From Blepharisma stoltei ATCC 30299 (Eukaryota > Protista > Ciliophora), in assembly GCA_965603825.1 (NCBI GenBank), contig CBFDEM010000025.1:62001-126000 (forward strand): a DNA stretch of 64,000 bases, written 5' to 3'. Under the pieces are notes generated by a model. The model saw only the letters and a program-made list of their open reading frames with translations, did no database searches and was not told the DNA's origin. Below are positions 25,457 through 40,282 of the stretch, in pieces. The stretch's first letter is position 1, and each line of letters begins with the position of its first letter. The translations under genes and the position numbers were made by a program.

Positions 25457-28400
25457 ATGTTTGTTGTAGGTGATTTCGCATGAAAAAGCAGCAATGAGTT
25501 TCAAGGCTACTTAAATCATACGCCGATTGGGAGAAAATTGAAAAATTTTATGTTCAGTATTTTTGAAAAGGTTTTTAGGATAAAATACCATAAGAGTACT
25601 TACTTTAAAACCCAGATAATTTATGAAATAGTCGCCAACGTTATTATAGCTCTGCAAGTAAATTGTTTAGTATGGTACCCAAACCTTAACATTTCTAATT
25701 GGAGCTCATATAGGGGTATATGGACAACCCTGAGCTATACAAGCTATGATAATATTTGTGCGAGTTTTTACATAATGAATTTTTGTTTTTATGGGACGTC
25801 TTCTTTAGTTGGGCTCTGCTTGGTATTTTTTGCAGCTTTTGGAATTTTTTTAAAAATTAATAAACCGATACCAGTGCTCCTTGTCATGGTTTTTGAAAAA
25901 TTTATGTGGATTCTAAACACTATATGTTTTATTCCAAGTGTAATGATTCTATTAATGACTTTTAAATATTCAATTATAACTTCCAAAACAATTGAAGAAT
26001 ATTCTGGAGAGGTAAATAGTGACAGCTTGGATTATGGACCAGCTGGTATTATCATTGTAATTTGCTGTTTTTGTATTTTAGCGCCTATAATTATATTTTC
26101 TGAAATTTTTAGCTGTGATATAAAGCATGTAAATTCCAATAGAAATATAAAAGCAAGAGCCTGTGCTGAGTTAGATTTAGAAAAAAAAATTTTTTATGTA
26201 GTGATGTGCATATTTTACATCACTTTTGGAAATCCGAATGTTATTATTTTACAGATTTTAGGCTCAATTTATTCACTTTATCTTATGATTAAAAGTGTAT
26301 TATACCTTCCTTACTATAATATTTTTGAAAATTGTATAGAATCATGCAAAATAGCTGCAATTTCTTTAAGCCAATTTATATTTCTATTTGGTCGATTGAT
26401 AGATAATGCAACTGTTATTGTAAATTTTAATATGTTTTTGCAGCCACTTGCATTATATTTGATTTGCCGTTTTACTATATGAAGATACTTAAAATTAAAA
26501 GAAAGCGTAGAAATCCCAAAAAATCAATACGATTTTGAACTGAAATTTCGCCATTTATTGACAAACCCGAATTTAGAAGACAACAAAAGACTATTAAAAT
26601 TGTTTAAAAAATTTTCCGAACTAAGCCATTTCCAAAAAAATAAGCTTTTCTCCATATGAGAATTTAATTTTTACTTTTATGTAATAAAAGATGAAAGACT
26701 TGCCAGAGTAAAATTATCAAAAATTCAAAAAAATCCAGCTTCTTTAGAAGGAGATATACAAGAATGAAAAATTTTTAATTGATTATCGACTAATAGGTTT
26801 TTTGTTTTTCCAGATATTAATTATTTGACGTATTTAAAAGAATTGAACAGAATAAAAGCTATGGACGAAGAATTGTGCTATATTTTAATTGATTTACAAA
26901 GTGAGCTCTCACAGAAAGTCCCGAGAATTGATAAACTTGTTAATTTAGTCAGCAAAACTTCGGCTAATATAAGTTGCATCAAAAAAGGATATAAAAATAT
27001 AATAGATAAATATAAGACAAAAGAAATCCTTGAACTTTATGTAGGATTTCTTGAAAATGTGTTGAGTGATTTTGATGAGGCTGTTCACATCAGTAATAGG
27101 GAAAATAAGCTAAGTGCATATAGCCAAAAAAATGAAGACAAAAGATTAGAGAAATATGGCAAAGATGTGTGCACAATGCTTATTTCTTGTTCAGAGGAAT
27201 CTTTTGGCACTATTCTTCACATTAATGAAAAAGCAAGTCAAATATTAAAAGTTTCGTTAATTCTATCTCAAGAAATGAAATTTACGAATTTTCTTCCGTT
27301 TCCATATGATTCTTTACATTTACAATTAATTAAAGATTTTCTTTTAAATTGTGAATCTACTGATGTAAAAAATCATGAAGATTTATTTTTCCAAGACCAG
27401 CAAGGATACCTTATAGAATGCAATTTATTAATAAAGCTGACAGCACTTCACGATTCTGCTTATTTTTTAGTATCTTTTCAGCAGAAAAAAATAGATCATC
27501 AAATAGCCATATTTTCTGAAGAAGGCTATGTAACAGCCCACACAGAAAATTTTTCTTACTATATAGGAAAAGAGCAAAAATCTTTAAAAAATCAAACTTT
27601 ATCAAATATAGTCCCACCTATTTGTATCGAAAATTTGAAAAATTATGAGCCATTAATCCTTAGTTGGGAAAATCGTGAATTGGCTTTTATAAAAGTCCCT
27701 AAGAAAATAAAATCAACGATAATATATTTATTAATAATTGCTTATAGGACTGATGAAATCAATAAGTGAAAAACTGGAGAAGCACAAGAAAAACTAGAGA
27801 TTATAATTAATCAAGATTTAGAAAATGAAGAAGCATTTCAAAATGAACAATGGGAAAAAGAAAAGCAAAAAGCTGAACTAAAAAATCGTTCAATTTATGA
27901 AGTTAATTTTATGGACAAAACTGAGACTGATGTCAATACACAAAATATTGACAGCCCTATAATAGAAAATAACGAATCTGAAAAATCACATGATGGAAGA
28001 CATCTTAATCCTGCCCTATCTAAAAAGAGTAATCTTTATATAGATATAGCAAATAGGCTTCTAATTGAATCTAAAAAGAGGATAAGAGTTCTCCAATGGG
28101 TATTATTTTTTGTGGTAACTGAAACGTAGATTTTATCAGAAATTACAACAGTGATAGCAATAGCTGCATATATGGTCGTAGATGTAAACCATTCTATATC
28201 AATGAGTGCTTTTAATCGCTTGGGAAGGCTTCTTTATGATATTGGCTTATGCTCAGACTATGCTCAATCTATTGAAAAGCTGACATCTTCAAAATATTCA
28301 CAATCATCTCTAGAAGAAAATTTAGAATTTTTTGCCTCGATTATGCTTGATCTTGAGAATATTCAAAAGCATTTATTAGATGATTTCAGTAAATGGTCAT

Positions 28401-29653
28401 ACTGCTCAAATTCAGAAATTTTAGTTAAATCGTATATTCCTATATGGCTATTTCACGAAAATCAATATGTTATAGCTTATGATAATCTATATGACACTGT
28501 TTCAAGATTTATTGGTAACGGAAACTCATTCATATCAGAAATAAAATCAAATTTAACTCATGAAGATAATGCAAAATTTTTAATGATAAATGGAATAGGA
28601 TATTCGTGAGACTATTTAAATATGACAATGACTGGAATAGTAGATTGTGAGATAAATAGGGTGAAATCTACTGGAATAAATATAAAAGTGCTTTTATATG
28701 TGGGGCTTTCGACGCTAGGAATTTTGGTTTTAATTGTTACTGGATTTATAACTATTGTTTCAAGAAAACATGATGAATATTGAAATTTTATTTTAAATAA
28801 CGCACAATCATCACTTGCTAAATTAAAAATAGCTTGTATTGATAGGCTTATTACAGCTCACGGAATAGATTATGCATCTGAAACAACTTTAAATTCACAG
28901 AAAAATATTAAGAGAAGAATAAAAACAAAAAATTATGTAGGATATACATGAAGACTGATAATCTTTTTAGCAACAGGCGCATCTTATTATTTATTATTAC
29001 ACTTATATTTATACCCTAAATGTGAAACTATGATGATTAATAGACCAAAGTTTATTAACACCTTCAACCTTAAGCGATCTCTTCTATCAAGGCTGCTTAT
29101 TTTTTCAAGAGACGTCTATTCCCCTTATTTTATTAAAATTTTCAACACTAACTATGCATTTCCTAGCTCAAAAATAATGTTTGAAAAGACAGCAGACGAC
29201 ATATACAAGGAAGTCCAGCTCTTAAAAAAGCGTGACTTTCTCGATTTAATGTCTGATGAGCTAAAAACAATGGCTTTTGAAAAAGATATGAACTCTACAT
29301 TAGATTTTTCTCAATATGGGGTTGAGAGCGCTATTTTGGGCTTAGTTAATGAGATTGTTAGTCTTTCTCATATTAAAAATATGCCAAGTTTTGTCCTTCA
29401 GATTTTGGCTACGTATTCTGTAGCTATACAAACAGAAATTGGACAAGAATTTGATTTAGCTGATAGAGATTCGAAAAGGTTGATAGAGGATCAGCTGAAG
29501 ATTATTATTGACGTTATGATTATTTATGTATCAGCTATGTGCGCACTATTTTTCTTTTATTATTTGCCATATTTGAATTACCAGATAAGTAAATTGAAGA
29601 GATTTGCAATATTACCGATAATTTTGTCAATGGAAGCAGATAAGAATATTTAA
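25457..29653 (+). CDS. Array copy A5, TmcB-like PAS membrane protein (~1393 aa)
   Basis: ATG at 25457 (MFVVGDFA-W-KSSNEFQG, homologous to the A4 start). TGA=Trp, intron at 28115-28129, ends in TAA. Confidence 0.85.
28115..28129 (+). other. 15-nt intron (A5 intron 1)
   Basis: gtaactgaaacgtag. Confidence 0.9.
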
Positions 29654-30649
29654 AAATAATTTTTTATAATGCTTGTGGTAACTAAATTGATTTTATTAAT
29701 TTAATTAATGAAGAGGCTAGTTTTATATTAAGCTCACTAAGCTAGGCTAACTTAGCTGAAATTTAGTAGCTTTGATTTAATCGAATGAGATTTTCAGTAT
29801 AAATTAATACTTAGATAGATTAAATGCTTTATTTATTTTATTATTTATATTTATTGTTTTGTTATCAAATATAAAGCATTAGAATTATCATAAAAAATTT
29901 GCACGTCTTTCACTTAATTGCCAACCTCAAGATCTATTTTTTAAAAATTTCGGATTTGCTTAAAAGAAGTAAAATATTGATTAATTTTTAATCAAAATAT
30001 ATTAAACGCTAATTTTATTCATATATGTAATTTTAATATATAACATTTTCTCATTCACAATTAAAAACTAGGAGATCTGGTAAGGAATAGCTCCATTACT
30101 AGGATTCATTGAAGGTGATTCTTGATCTCATAAAGTATTGAACAACAGTAACACTACCCAGTGGGGTGGGATAGTGTGAGCAAAGTACTGTTTGAAACTG
30201 GAGGCGAATAAAGTTTACGGCTATGTAACTGCCAATCCGGAGCTAAAAGCAGAAGACCTTTTCATCTTTAAGGCTTCAGAAGATAGAGGAAAAATTAAAA
30301 TTAAGTTATATTACTAACTAGCTAATTAACTAGCATTTTCTAATATAATAATCTCTATTTTATTTATTGATAAATGCAAAAATGAAAATATCTCATTCAG
30401 TACATAAGATAGATCTAATTCAGCTCTTAATGTGCACGCAAAAAAAGTTTAACTCTAAAAGTAAAACTTTGAGCCTCATAATATTTATTTTCCTTTAATT
30501 TTATTTAAAATAATTGCAAATCATCTTAAAGTTATCAATAAAATCAAATTTTCTATTTTAGGTTAACTTTTATAAAATTTTTCAAAGCGAAATTTCTTTT
30601 TCGGTCCTGGCTTATAAAAATCAATATAATCTTTTCATACAAAAAATAA

Positions 30650-33600
30650 ATGCTTGACGAACAGCTATTAGGTATCAACGAAAGCTCTGATTTCCAAGGT
30701 TTCTTGACAAAACCACTATTTCAAAGCCGAATAAAACGATACACATTTGGATTTTTCAGTAAACTTTTTAAGCTAAAATATAGTCACAAGATTAAGCTAA
30801 AAACTCAGCTTGTAATAGAAATTGTGACAAATTTGGTTTTGATGTTACAATTAATATCATTGACTTGATACCCTAATTATGAAGTTTCTGAGTGGGAGTC
30901 ATATGCAACGTTTTGGAAAATTCTTGGTATTGTAAGTTATGACGAGCTTTGCTTTGAATATGGAACTGAAGATATTTGTTTTTTTGGAACTATTGGACTG
31001 ATAGGGTCCTGCATTATCTGTTTTATAATTTTTGGAGTTTATGTATATATAGAAAAAGAGCCGCCAAATATTATCACAAATTTGCCTAGAAAAATCAGCA
31101 TGCCGCTGACTTCAATTTGTTTTATTCCAAGTCTGATGATTTTACTGATGGTTTTTAAATATTCAGTTATAGCCAGTGGAGAAGTGACTGAATACGACAA
31201 TTCTACACGAGATTCCTTGGATTATGGCGCAGCTGGAGGGGTCATTTCTATTATTTTAATTATTTTTCTCTTGCAGATTAAGTTCTTTTCAGAAATTTTT
31301 TCATGTGATATTCGGCATTCTCGATCAAATGAAAATATAAAAGCAAGATGTTGCTCAGAAGCAGATTTTAATAGATTTATTTTTTACATAGCTACTTGTA
31401 TATTGTATGTATCTCTTGGGGACTACCAAATTGAGTACCAAATTATTTCATTTGTGGCTTCTTCTTATGTTTTTATACAGACTCTAAGGTATTTGCCTTA
31501 TTACAATTTTATTGAAAATTCAATCCAAGCAGTCAAGTTGTCGGCGATTTCAGGATTTTTATTAATTTTTTTATTTGGGGAGCTTTTAGATAATTCTCTT
31601 ATTATTTTGTGAATGAATATATTTATCCAACCTTTGATATTTTTTTTTGTTATAAAAATTGTCAGACATTTATATAAAAATCTTCCCCAAAGAACTTCTG
31701 ATATAAGAAACCAGTTTGATTTTGAAAAAAAATTCCGTCATTTATTAGTCGATAAATCACTTGTCGACAAGCGATATGTCCTGGATTTATTTGCAAAATT
31801 TTCTAAAGGAAAACAGTTCAGTAAATCAAAATTATTTGTTATATGGGAATTCAACTTCTGTCTTTCTATTATAAAAGATGAACGGCTAGCTAGGGTAAAA
31901 TTAGCAAAAATAGCAGAAATTCCTTCTTCTTTAGAAGGGGATGCTCAGGAATGAAGGCTATTTAATTGGCTTATCGGCAGGAAATGCCACATATATCCTG
32001 ATACAAATTATTTGGAATATTTAACTGAGCTTAACAAGGTAAAAACCAAAGATGAAGAGCTTTGCTTAATTTTGGTTGAATTAAGATCAGAACTTTCTTC
32101 TAGGACCCCAAGGCTCCCTAAACTTATAAATTTAGCTAACAGAATCCACGACAATGTAGATAATATAAAAAAAGAATATAAAAGTATTATTGAAAAATAC
32201 AAAAATATTGACGCTTTTGAGCTCTATGGGAGCTTTTTAGAAAATATTATGAAAAATCATGAGGAAGCTTTAATAGTCAACAGAAAAAAACATGGAATAA
32301 ATCTGTATAATATGAGGGGAGAGGATAAAAAATTAGAAAGATATGGCAGGGAAAACGCTATTGTTTTAATTTCAGCATCAAATGTATCGTTTGGATCTAT
32401 TGTCTACATAAATGAAAAAGCTGCACAGATTTTGAAAACTCCTGCCACAGATACTTGTGGGATGCCTTTTAATAATTTTATTGCTCCCCCTTATAATATA
32501 CTTCATGATACCTGCATGAAAAGATTTGTTTTAAATAATCATAGCATTGATATTCCTTATCATAAAAGTCTTCCTCTTATGACACAGCATGGCAATCTTC
32601 GTGAATGCAATATTCTAATAAAATTGACTGCTTTTCATAGTCATGCATATTTTTTGGTATCATTTAGGGAAAAAAACACCAGTCGAGAAATAGCAGTAAT
32701 TTCCCCGGATGGGCACATTTATTGTCATACTGAATTTTTCACTATCTGCATTAACTCAGCAGGCCAAAACGTAAGAGGCAAGCACATTTCAGATCTTTTC
32801 CCAATGCTCGATTTTTATAACATGGAGCCTTTTGAGCCTTGAATAATTTCTTTTGAAAACAAACAAATAGCAGTTATCCACACAATAAAACAAATGAGTG
32901 CATATACCCTGCATTTTATTATATTAGTCCACGATGAAAAAGAAATAGAAAAATGAAAAGACGGCCAAGACCCAGACCAGATTGAATATTACGGAAACTC
33001 CACAATTATTGACGAAAATGACGAGCCTTCACAAATTTTTGTTGAAAAAAAATATGAAAGAAAAGCTTCAAAAGTTCGGCTTCATACAGTCAATCAGTAT
33101 ATGACGTCTATTACGAAATCTTTTGACAAAGAAAACTCAGAAATTCCTACACAAATTAGTAATTTTGTAGCTGAAAGCCGAGATTTAGAAACTTTTGACG
33201 ATAAATCAGGGGCGACAAGCTGCAATGAAAGCAGCCAGTCTTCGACAAAAGCGAGTAATTTTTATTTAGAGTTTGCTCAAAGGCTAATAGTTGCTTCAAA
33301 AAAAAAATTAAAAATTCTTCAATTGGTTCTGTTTGTTACAGTAAATGTAAAATAGATTTTGACTGTCATTGCGACAGTTATAGCGATTTTATCTTATATG
33401 ATTGTTGACGTTAATAGAACAACATCTTTGACTATTTTTACACACTTAGGTCAGTTGTTATATGACTTAAGCGTTTCTAATGATTTAGCAAGAACTTTGC
33501 ATAGAGAAATTGAATTAGGAAATTATCTTCAAACTAAACGCTTAGATGACGTAAGAGCCCTAGTTACTGATTTACAGAATGTTCAAGACTATATTTTTAC

Positions 33601-34900
33601 AGAATATGACCAATGAAGCTATTGTTCTAATTCAGAATTTGTAAAAAAAGATGTTATACCTATGTGAAATTTTGACAAAAGCCAACCAGTTATGACAAAA
33701 TCCAATCTTTATGACGCTGTTGACAAATTCATACTTAACGTAATTACTATATAGTGGGAAAACTTAATTTCTGCGGTCACTAAAAATGAGACCTTTATAA
33801 AATACATAAAATTTATTGTTATGAATAGTGCTGATTTCTCTTATGAATATTCCAACATCGCTATGTCAGGACTTGTCGATTGCGAAGTAGAAAGAGTAAA
33901 TTCCTTTGGAACAAATATAAAAATCCTTCTTGTAGCTGGTCTCGTGCTTTTAGCACTTTTTGTATCAATAATAATCGGCTATATTGTAATGGCTAGCAAA
34001 TCATATGATAATTTTTGGAATTTCATGTTCAATAACTCACAAGTGTCTTTAATACAATTAAAAAGAGAAGCAATAGACCGATTATTTGCATTTCACGGCA
34101 TTGATTATCACTCAGAAAACATTGAAAACGACCAAAGAGCTCATAAGCACTCAAAAATAAAAACAGACATAAATAAAAAATATATATGAAGGCTTATGAT
34201 TTTTTTCGTAATTGCAGCTTCTTATTATTTATTGACGTATTTTTATTTATATGTGCAATGTGAAACGTCGATGATGAACAGACCTAAATTATTGAGCAAT
34301 ATTAATTTAAAAAGGGCACTGCTTTCGAGAATTGGATTTTTTGCGAGAGATACGTATTCTCCTTATCTTATTCGAATTTTCCCAAAGCTGTATGAATTTT
34401 CTTCATCGAGAAAAATTTTTGAAAGAAGTGTTGCTTTATATAATGAAAAAGACAAAGAATTTAGAAAAAAAAAATATAAAAAATTAATGTCAAAAAATTT
34501 ATTGAGACAAATTTATGAAACTTCAGATTCATCTATTCCTAAGTTGCATTATGGAGCTAGAACAGGGGCAGATTTTACTATTTTTGAAGCTTATTATATT
34601 TCATCACAAAAATCTATAGAATCATCATATATGCCAACATTTATAAACCTTACAAGAGAAGTCCAAAATGAAATTGGGGCTCAGTTTTTAGAATTAGACA
34701 AAAACTCAAAGGATGTTATAAATAGTCAGCTTAATGATATTATTTTGTGTACAGTTAGCTATTCTATAGCTCTGTGTATTTTATTTTTCTGCTATTATTT
34801 GCCGTATTTGAATAATGAAAGCAAGCAGTTTACCAAGTTATTGATTTTGCCGACACTTTTGCCGATGGAAGAAGATAAAAGAATGAAGCCTGCTGGCTAA
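30650..34900 (+). CDS. Array copy A6, TmcB-like PAS membrane protein (~1406 aa)
   Basis: One frame with TGA=Trp. Introns at 33341-33355 and 33740-33754. Confidence 0.85.
33341..33355 (+). other. 15-nt intron (A6 intron 1)
   Basis: gtaaatgtaaaatag. Confidence 0.9.
33740..33754 (+). other. 15-nt intron (A6 intron 2)
   Basis: gtaattactatatag. Confidence 0.9.
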
Positions 34901-35263
34901 AGATTTTTAAATGAAAATAATAAAATTTATTTTAATTTTTCCTAGATTTAATAAAAAATGTCAAATTTAGGATTACATTAAAAATTTTATTTGGCAAAAA
35001 TGTCATTTTTAATAAAATTTGGTGGAATCTTATTTATATTTTAAATACACACCCTCAATGATTTAGAATTAATGATGATAAATTAAAAAAATCACCCTCG
35101 GAAATTAATTTTATCAATCATTAAATAATTTTATAAGAAAATTTATTCATTCAAAAGATAGCAGTCATGATGATGCACATCAGATATTTTTATTACTCAA
35201 TCTTTGTATTTATTATTTATTATAAATCCAAAAAAAAACAATTATTCATCCATAGATAAATTA

Positions 35264-38200
35264 ATGTTTGAAGAACAATTATTAGAAATCCATGAAAATT
35301 CTGGGATCCAAGGCTTTCTCACAAAGCCTCTTTTTGAAAGCAGACTTAAACTTTACACATTTGGTTTTTTTGGGAAACTGTTTAAACTTAAATATAGTCG
35401 CAAAATAAAACAAAGGCACCAATTTACATTGGAGACAACAGTAAATTTAATTTTGATGCTCCAGCTGATATCTTTGACTTGATACCCAAATTATAAAATT
35501 TCTGGATGAGAATCATATTCATTATTTTGAAAAATCTTAGGGATCGTAAGTTATGATGAGCTTTGTTTTGAGTATGGTGCCCAAGATATTTGTTTTTATG
35601 GTACAATAGGGCTTATTGGAACTTGCATAATTTGTTTTGTAGTTTTTGGGGTTTTTATATATATCAAAAAAGAGCCACCTGGCATCATAACAGCCTTGCC
35701 AAGGAAAATTACTATGGCGCTAACCACAATTTGTTTTATTCCAAGCCAAATAATAATGCTCATGGTTTTTAAATATTCAGTTGCTACAAAAAGAGAAGTT
35801 ATTGAGTATGAAAATTCAACAAGAAGCCAGCTTGACTATGGCGCTGCTGGAGGAATGGTATCAATTATTTTGTGTATTTTTCTACTATTAATTAAGTTTT
35901 TTTCTGAAATTTTTTCATGTGATGTCAGGCATTCTCGATCAAAAGAAAATATAAAAGCAAGATGCTGCTCTGATGCTGATTTGAATAGATTTGCTTTTTA
36001 TGCTTTAAATTGCTTATTATATGTATCGCTAGGGGATTATCAAATTGAGTACCAAATAATTTCATTTTCTATTTCAACCTATGTCTTTTTCCAGACCTTA
36101 AATTATTTACCTTATTATAATTTTATAGAAAATTCTATTCAAGCAGTCAAATTATCAGCTATTTCTGGGTTTTTGTTAATTTTTTTATTTGGTGAACTCT
36201 TAGATAATTCGCTTATAATTTTGTGGATGAATATTTTTATACAGCCTCTAATATTTTACTTTGTCATAAAAATAGTCAAGCATTTATATAAAAACCTCAA
36301 TAAAGAAGCCACTGAAATAAAAAATCAATATGAGTTTGAAAGAAAATTCCGCCATTTATTAGTCGACAAAGCACTTATTGATAAAAGTCATGTCTTAGAT
36401 TTATTCGCAAAATTTTCTAAAGGAAAACAATTTTATAGGTCAAAATTATTTGTTGTTTGGGAATTTAATTTTTGTCTGTATATTATTAAAGATGAAAGAC
36501 TGGCGAGAGTAAAATTGGCGAAAATAGGAGAAATTCCTTCTACTTTTGAAGGAGACGCACAAGAGTGGAGACTTTTTAATTGGCTGATTGATAAAAAGTG
36601 CTCAAATTTTCCAGATACGAATTATTTGGAATATTTAACTGAACTCAACAGAGTTAAAACCAAAGATGAAGAACTTTGTTGTATTTTAGTCGAATTAAAA
36701 GCTGAATTTTCTTCAAAAGTCCCACGACTTCTGAAATTACTGAACTTAGCAAATCAAATTCATTGTCATATTGAAGAAATTAAAGAAGAATACAAAAATA
36801 TTGTAGAAAAATACAAAAATATTGACGCTTTTGAGCTTTATGGGAGTTTTTTAGAAAATATTTTAAAAGACCATGAAGAAGCTTTGATGGTAAACAGAAA
36901 AAAGCATGGGATTAATTTGTTTAATATGCGTGGAGAAGACAAAAAATTAGAAAAATATGGCAAAGAAAATGCAACACTTTTAATTTCAGCTTCAAATACT
37001 ACATTTGGCAGCATTGTATTTTTAAATGAAAAAGCTGCTCAAATTTTAAAAACATCAATAAATGATGCTTGCGGATTACCTTTTACGAATTTTATCCCTC
37101 CGCCGTATAATGGTACTCATGAAAAGTCAATGAAAAAATATTTTTTTAACTGCCAAAATATTGATATACCTTTTCACAAAAGTCTTCCTTTTCTTACTAG
37201 AAATGGCTATATAAAAGAGTGCAATATTTTAGTTAAATTGACAGCTTTTCACAATCATGCTTATTTTTTGTTATCATTTAAAGAAAAATATTCAAGTAGA
37301 GAGGTCGCATTGATTTCGGAAGATGGGCGGATTTACTGCCATTCAGAATTTTTTACATTTTTGATTGGAATCGAAGCTCCAGATGTAAGGAATAAATATA
37401 TTTCTGAACTGCTACCAATGCTTGATTTTTATAATATGGAGCCTTTTGAGCCATGATTGCTTCCTTTTGAAGGCAAAGAGCTAGCAGTCATCCACACAGT
37501 TCGAAAGATGAACTCAATTACTCTGCACTTTCTATTATTAGTCCATGACGAAAAAGAAGTAAAAAGATGAAAAGAAGGCCAGGATTTTGACCAAATCGAG
37601 TTTTTTGGAAATTCCACCATAATTGATGACTATGATGAGCCCTCACAAATTATGGAAAAAAGATTAATAAGGCAAGCTTCAAAAGTCAGGCTCCACACCG
37701 TTAGCCAATATATTACATCAGTTTCTAAATCTACTATTAAAGAAGAATCAGAAATGCCAACAACACAATTAACGATTTTGGCTGCAGAAAGCCGAGAATT
37801 AGAAACTTTCGACGAAAAATCAGGGGCCACAAGCAACAATGAGTCCCACAAGCTTTCAGCTAAAGCAAGTAATTTTTATATAGGGCATGCCCAGAGACTT
37901 ATAATTTCTTCAAAAATGAAAATAAGGTTTCTCCAATTGGTATTATTTTTTACTGTAAAAAAAAATTAGATTTTATCTGTAATTATTGGAGTCATTGCAA
38001 TTTTATCATATATGGTAATTGACGTATCCCATACGACACCACTAACAATTTTTACCCATCTTGGCCAATTATTATATGATTTAAGCATTTCTTCTGATTT
38101 AGCAAGAATATTACACAAAGAAATAGTCCTTGGGCTATACAAACAAACAAATCGCTTAGCTGATGTCCAAGCTTTAATTACCGATTTGCGTAGTGTCCAA

Positions 38201-39523
38201 GAATTTATTTTTTCTGACTATGACCAATGAAGTTACTGCTCTAGCTCAGAAGTTGTCATGAAACCTATAATCCCAGCATGGAATTTAGACAAAGATCAGC
38301 CTGAGCTCATAAAAGAAAATCTTTATAATATCGTCGACAAATTTATTTTAAATGTAACCAAAAATTAGTGAGAAAATTTAATCGTAGCAGTCAATAGAAA
38401 TGAAAGCTATATAAAATTCGTAAAATATATCGTCATAAATAGTGTCGATTTTTCCTATGAATATGCAAATTTAACTATGAAAGGACTAGTTGACTGTGAA
38501 ATTGAGAGGGTGAATTCTTTTGGAACAAATATAAAGGCTCTTTTAATATGCGGAATGTGAGTCCTTGTAGGGTTTTTTGCAATTATAATTGGATATGTAA
38601 TAATGGCTGACAGGTCATATAATGCTTTTTGGAATTTTATGTTGAATAACTCGCAGGTGTCATTAATACAATTAAAAAGAGAAGCAATTGATAGGCTGTT
38701 TTCTTATCATGGGATTGACTATAAATCAGAAATTTTAGAAAACGATCAAAAGAATATGCATAAACACTCGAAAATAAAAACTGGCCTTAATAGGAAATAT
38801 ATATTAAAAGTCATGATTTTTGTGGTGATTGCATTGTCTTACTATTTTTTAATGTACTGTTACTTATATGCAGAGTGTGAAAATTCGATGATAAAAAGAC
38901 CAAAATTATTAAGCAATTTTAACATAAGAAGAGCTTTATTAGCTCGTATAAGTTTTTTCGCAAAAGATATATACACGCCTTATTTATACCAAAATTTCAA
39001 GGATCTTTATGGGTTTTCTAATTCTTATACGATGCTTTCTACTAGCATTGCCTTGCTTGATGAAAAAATGGACGAAATGCAGAAGGAAAAATACCAAAAT
39101 TTAATGTCTAATAAATTATTAGACAGAATATATGAAAAAATAGATTCTAGTGTTCGAGGTTTAGATTATGGATCGGCAGCTGCAAATCATGCAGCTCTTT
39201 TCGATGCTCGGTATATAACCAAAATGTTTCCTCCAAATAATACTTTTATGATCATATATATCAATTTTATACATAAGATTGAAGACGAAATCGGATCACA
39301 ATTTATCCTGGTTGATGAAAATTCGAAGGATTTAATAAATAGTCAGCTTGCAAATATCATTATATGCACAGTTTGCTACTCAATTGCTTTATGCTTTTTA
39401 TTTTTCTTTTATTATTTCCCATATTTAAATAATGAAATCAGGCAATTCTCAAGACTATTAGTTTTGCCGCTACTGTTGCCGATGGAGGAGAGTAAAAGGA
39501 TGCAAATTGGGAAAGATAAATAG
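35264..39523 (+). CDS. Array copy A7, TmcB-like PAS membrane protein (~1409 aa)
   Basis: ATG at 35264 (MFEEQLLEI, homologous to A6 and A8). Introns at 37955-37969 and 38354-38368. Confidence 0.85.
37955..37969 (+). other. 15-nt intron (A7 intron 1)
   Basis: gtaaaaaaaaattag. Confidence 0.9.
38354..38368 (+). other. 15-nt intron (A7 intron 2)
   Basis: gtaaccaaaaattag, followed by TGA where A6 has TGG. Confidence 0.9.
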
Positions 39524-40282
39524 TAAATTTTATTATTACTTATCAATTTTTTATAAATAATTATTGAAATAATTTTATTTATTCTTTTTTCGATATGTAT
39601 TTTTAAGTATCGTTTGGTTAAAGGTAATTAGGTGTGGATACTAATAACTTATTTATAAATTTTAGATATAATAAAAATCTATGCTTTCCTCTCTTTAATA
39701 AAAATTCTAAAGCATTTATTAAATGAAAAATAATCATAAATAATATATAAATAAACATTTTAGTCAAAATCAAGCATAAAACCCAGCATTATCAATCATC
39801 AAATAGCTTTTTGTAAAGAAAAATGGAATCTAATCTTCCTGAATATTCCAGCTCAAAATTCCAAGTGGCATATATAATATATGTGCCACTTCATATAGAG
39901 TTCTTTATGAGTACCTTATATAGAAATATTTTCTTATTAATTTTAAATTTTTGTTTGCATTTTATTTTTTAATCTTAAATAATGTCTTCCTCGGAGTTGA
40001 ATAAATTTTATTTAGAGCTAGTAATAAATGATTTTTCATATTTTAAGAATTTTTAATGTATAGTGTTATAGATTTTAGTCTCTATATCCAAGAATTTTCC
40101 TAAATTTTGTTCTAAAACCAATCATTACTATTTCACTGATCCTATTTTTATATCTAAATTTACTCATAAATATCCCTTAATAGCTGTAAGACCTATTCAG
40201 CCAAATCATTTTTAAATATTTATTCAAAATCTAATATTTCTCCACAAAATTTTTAGTTTCATCATATTCTTCAATAAAAATT

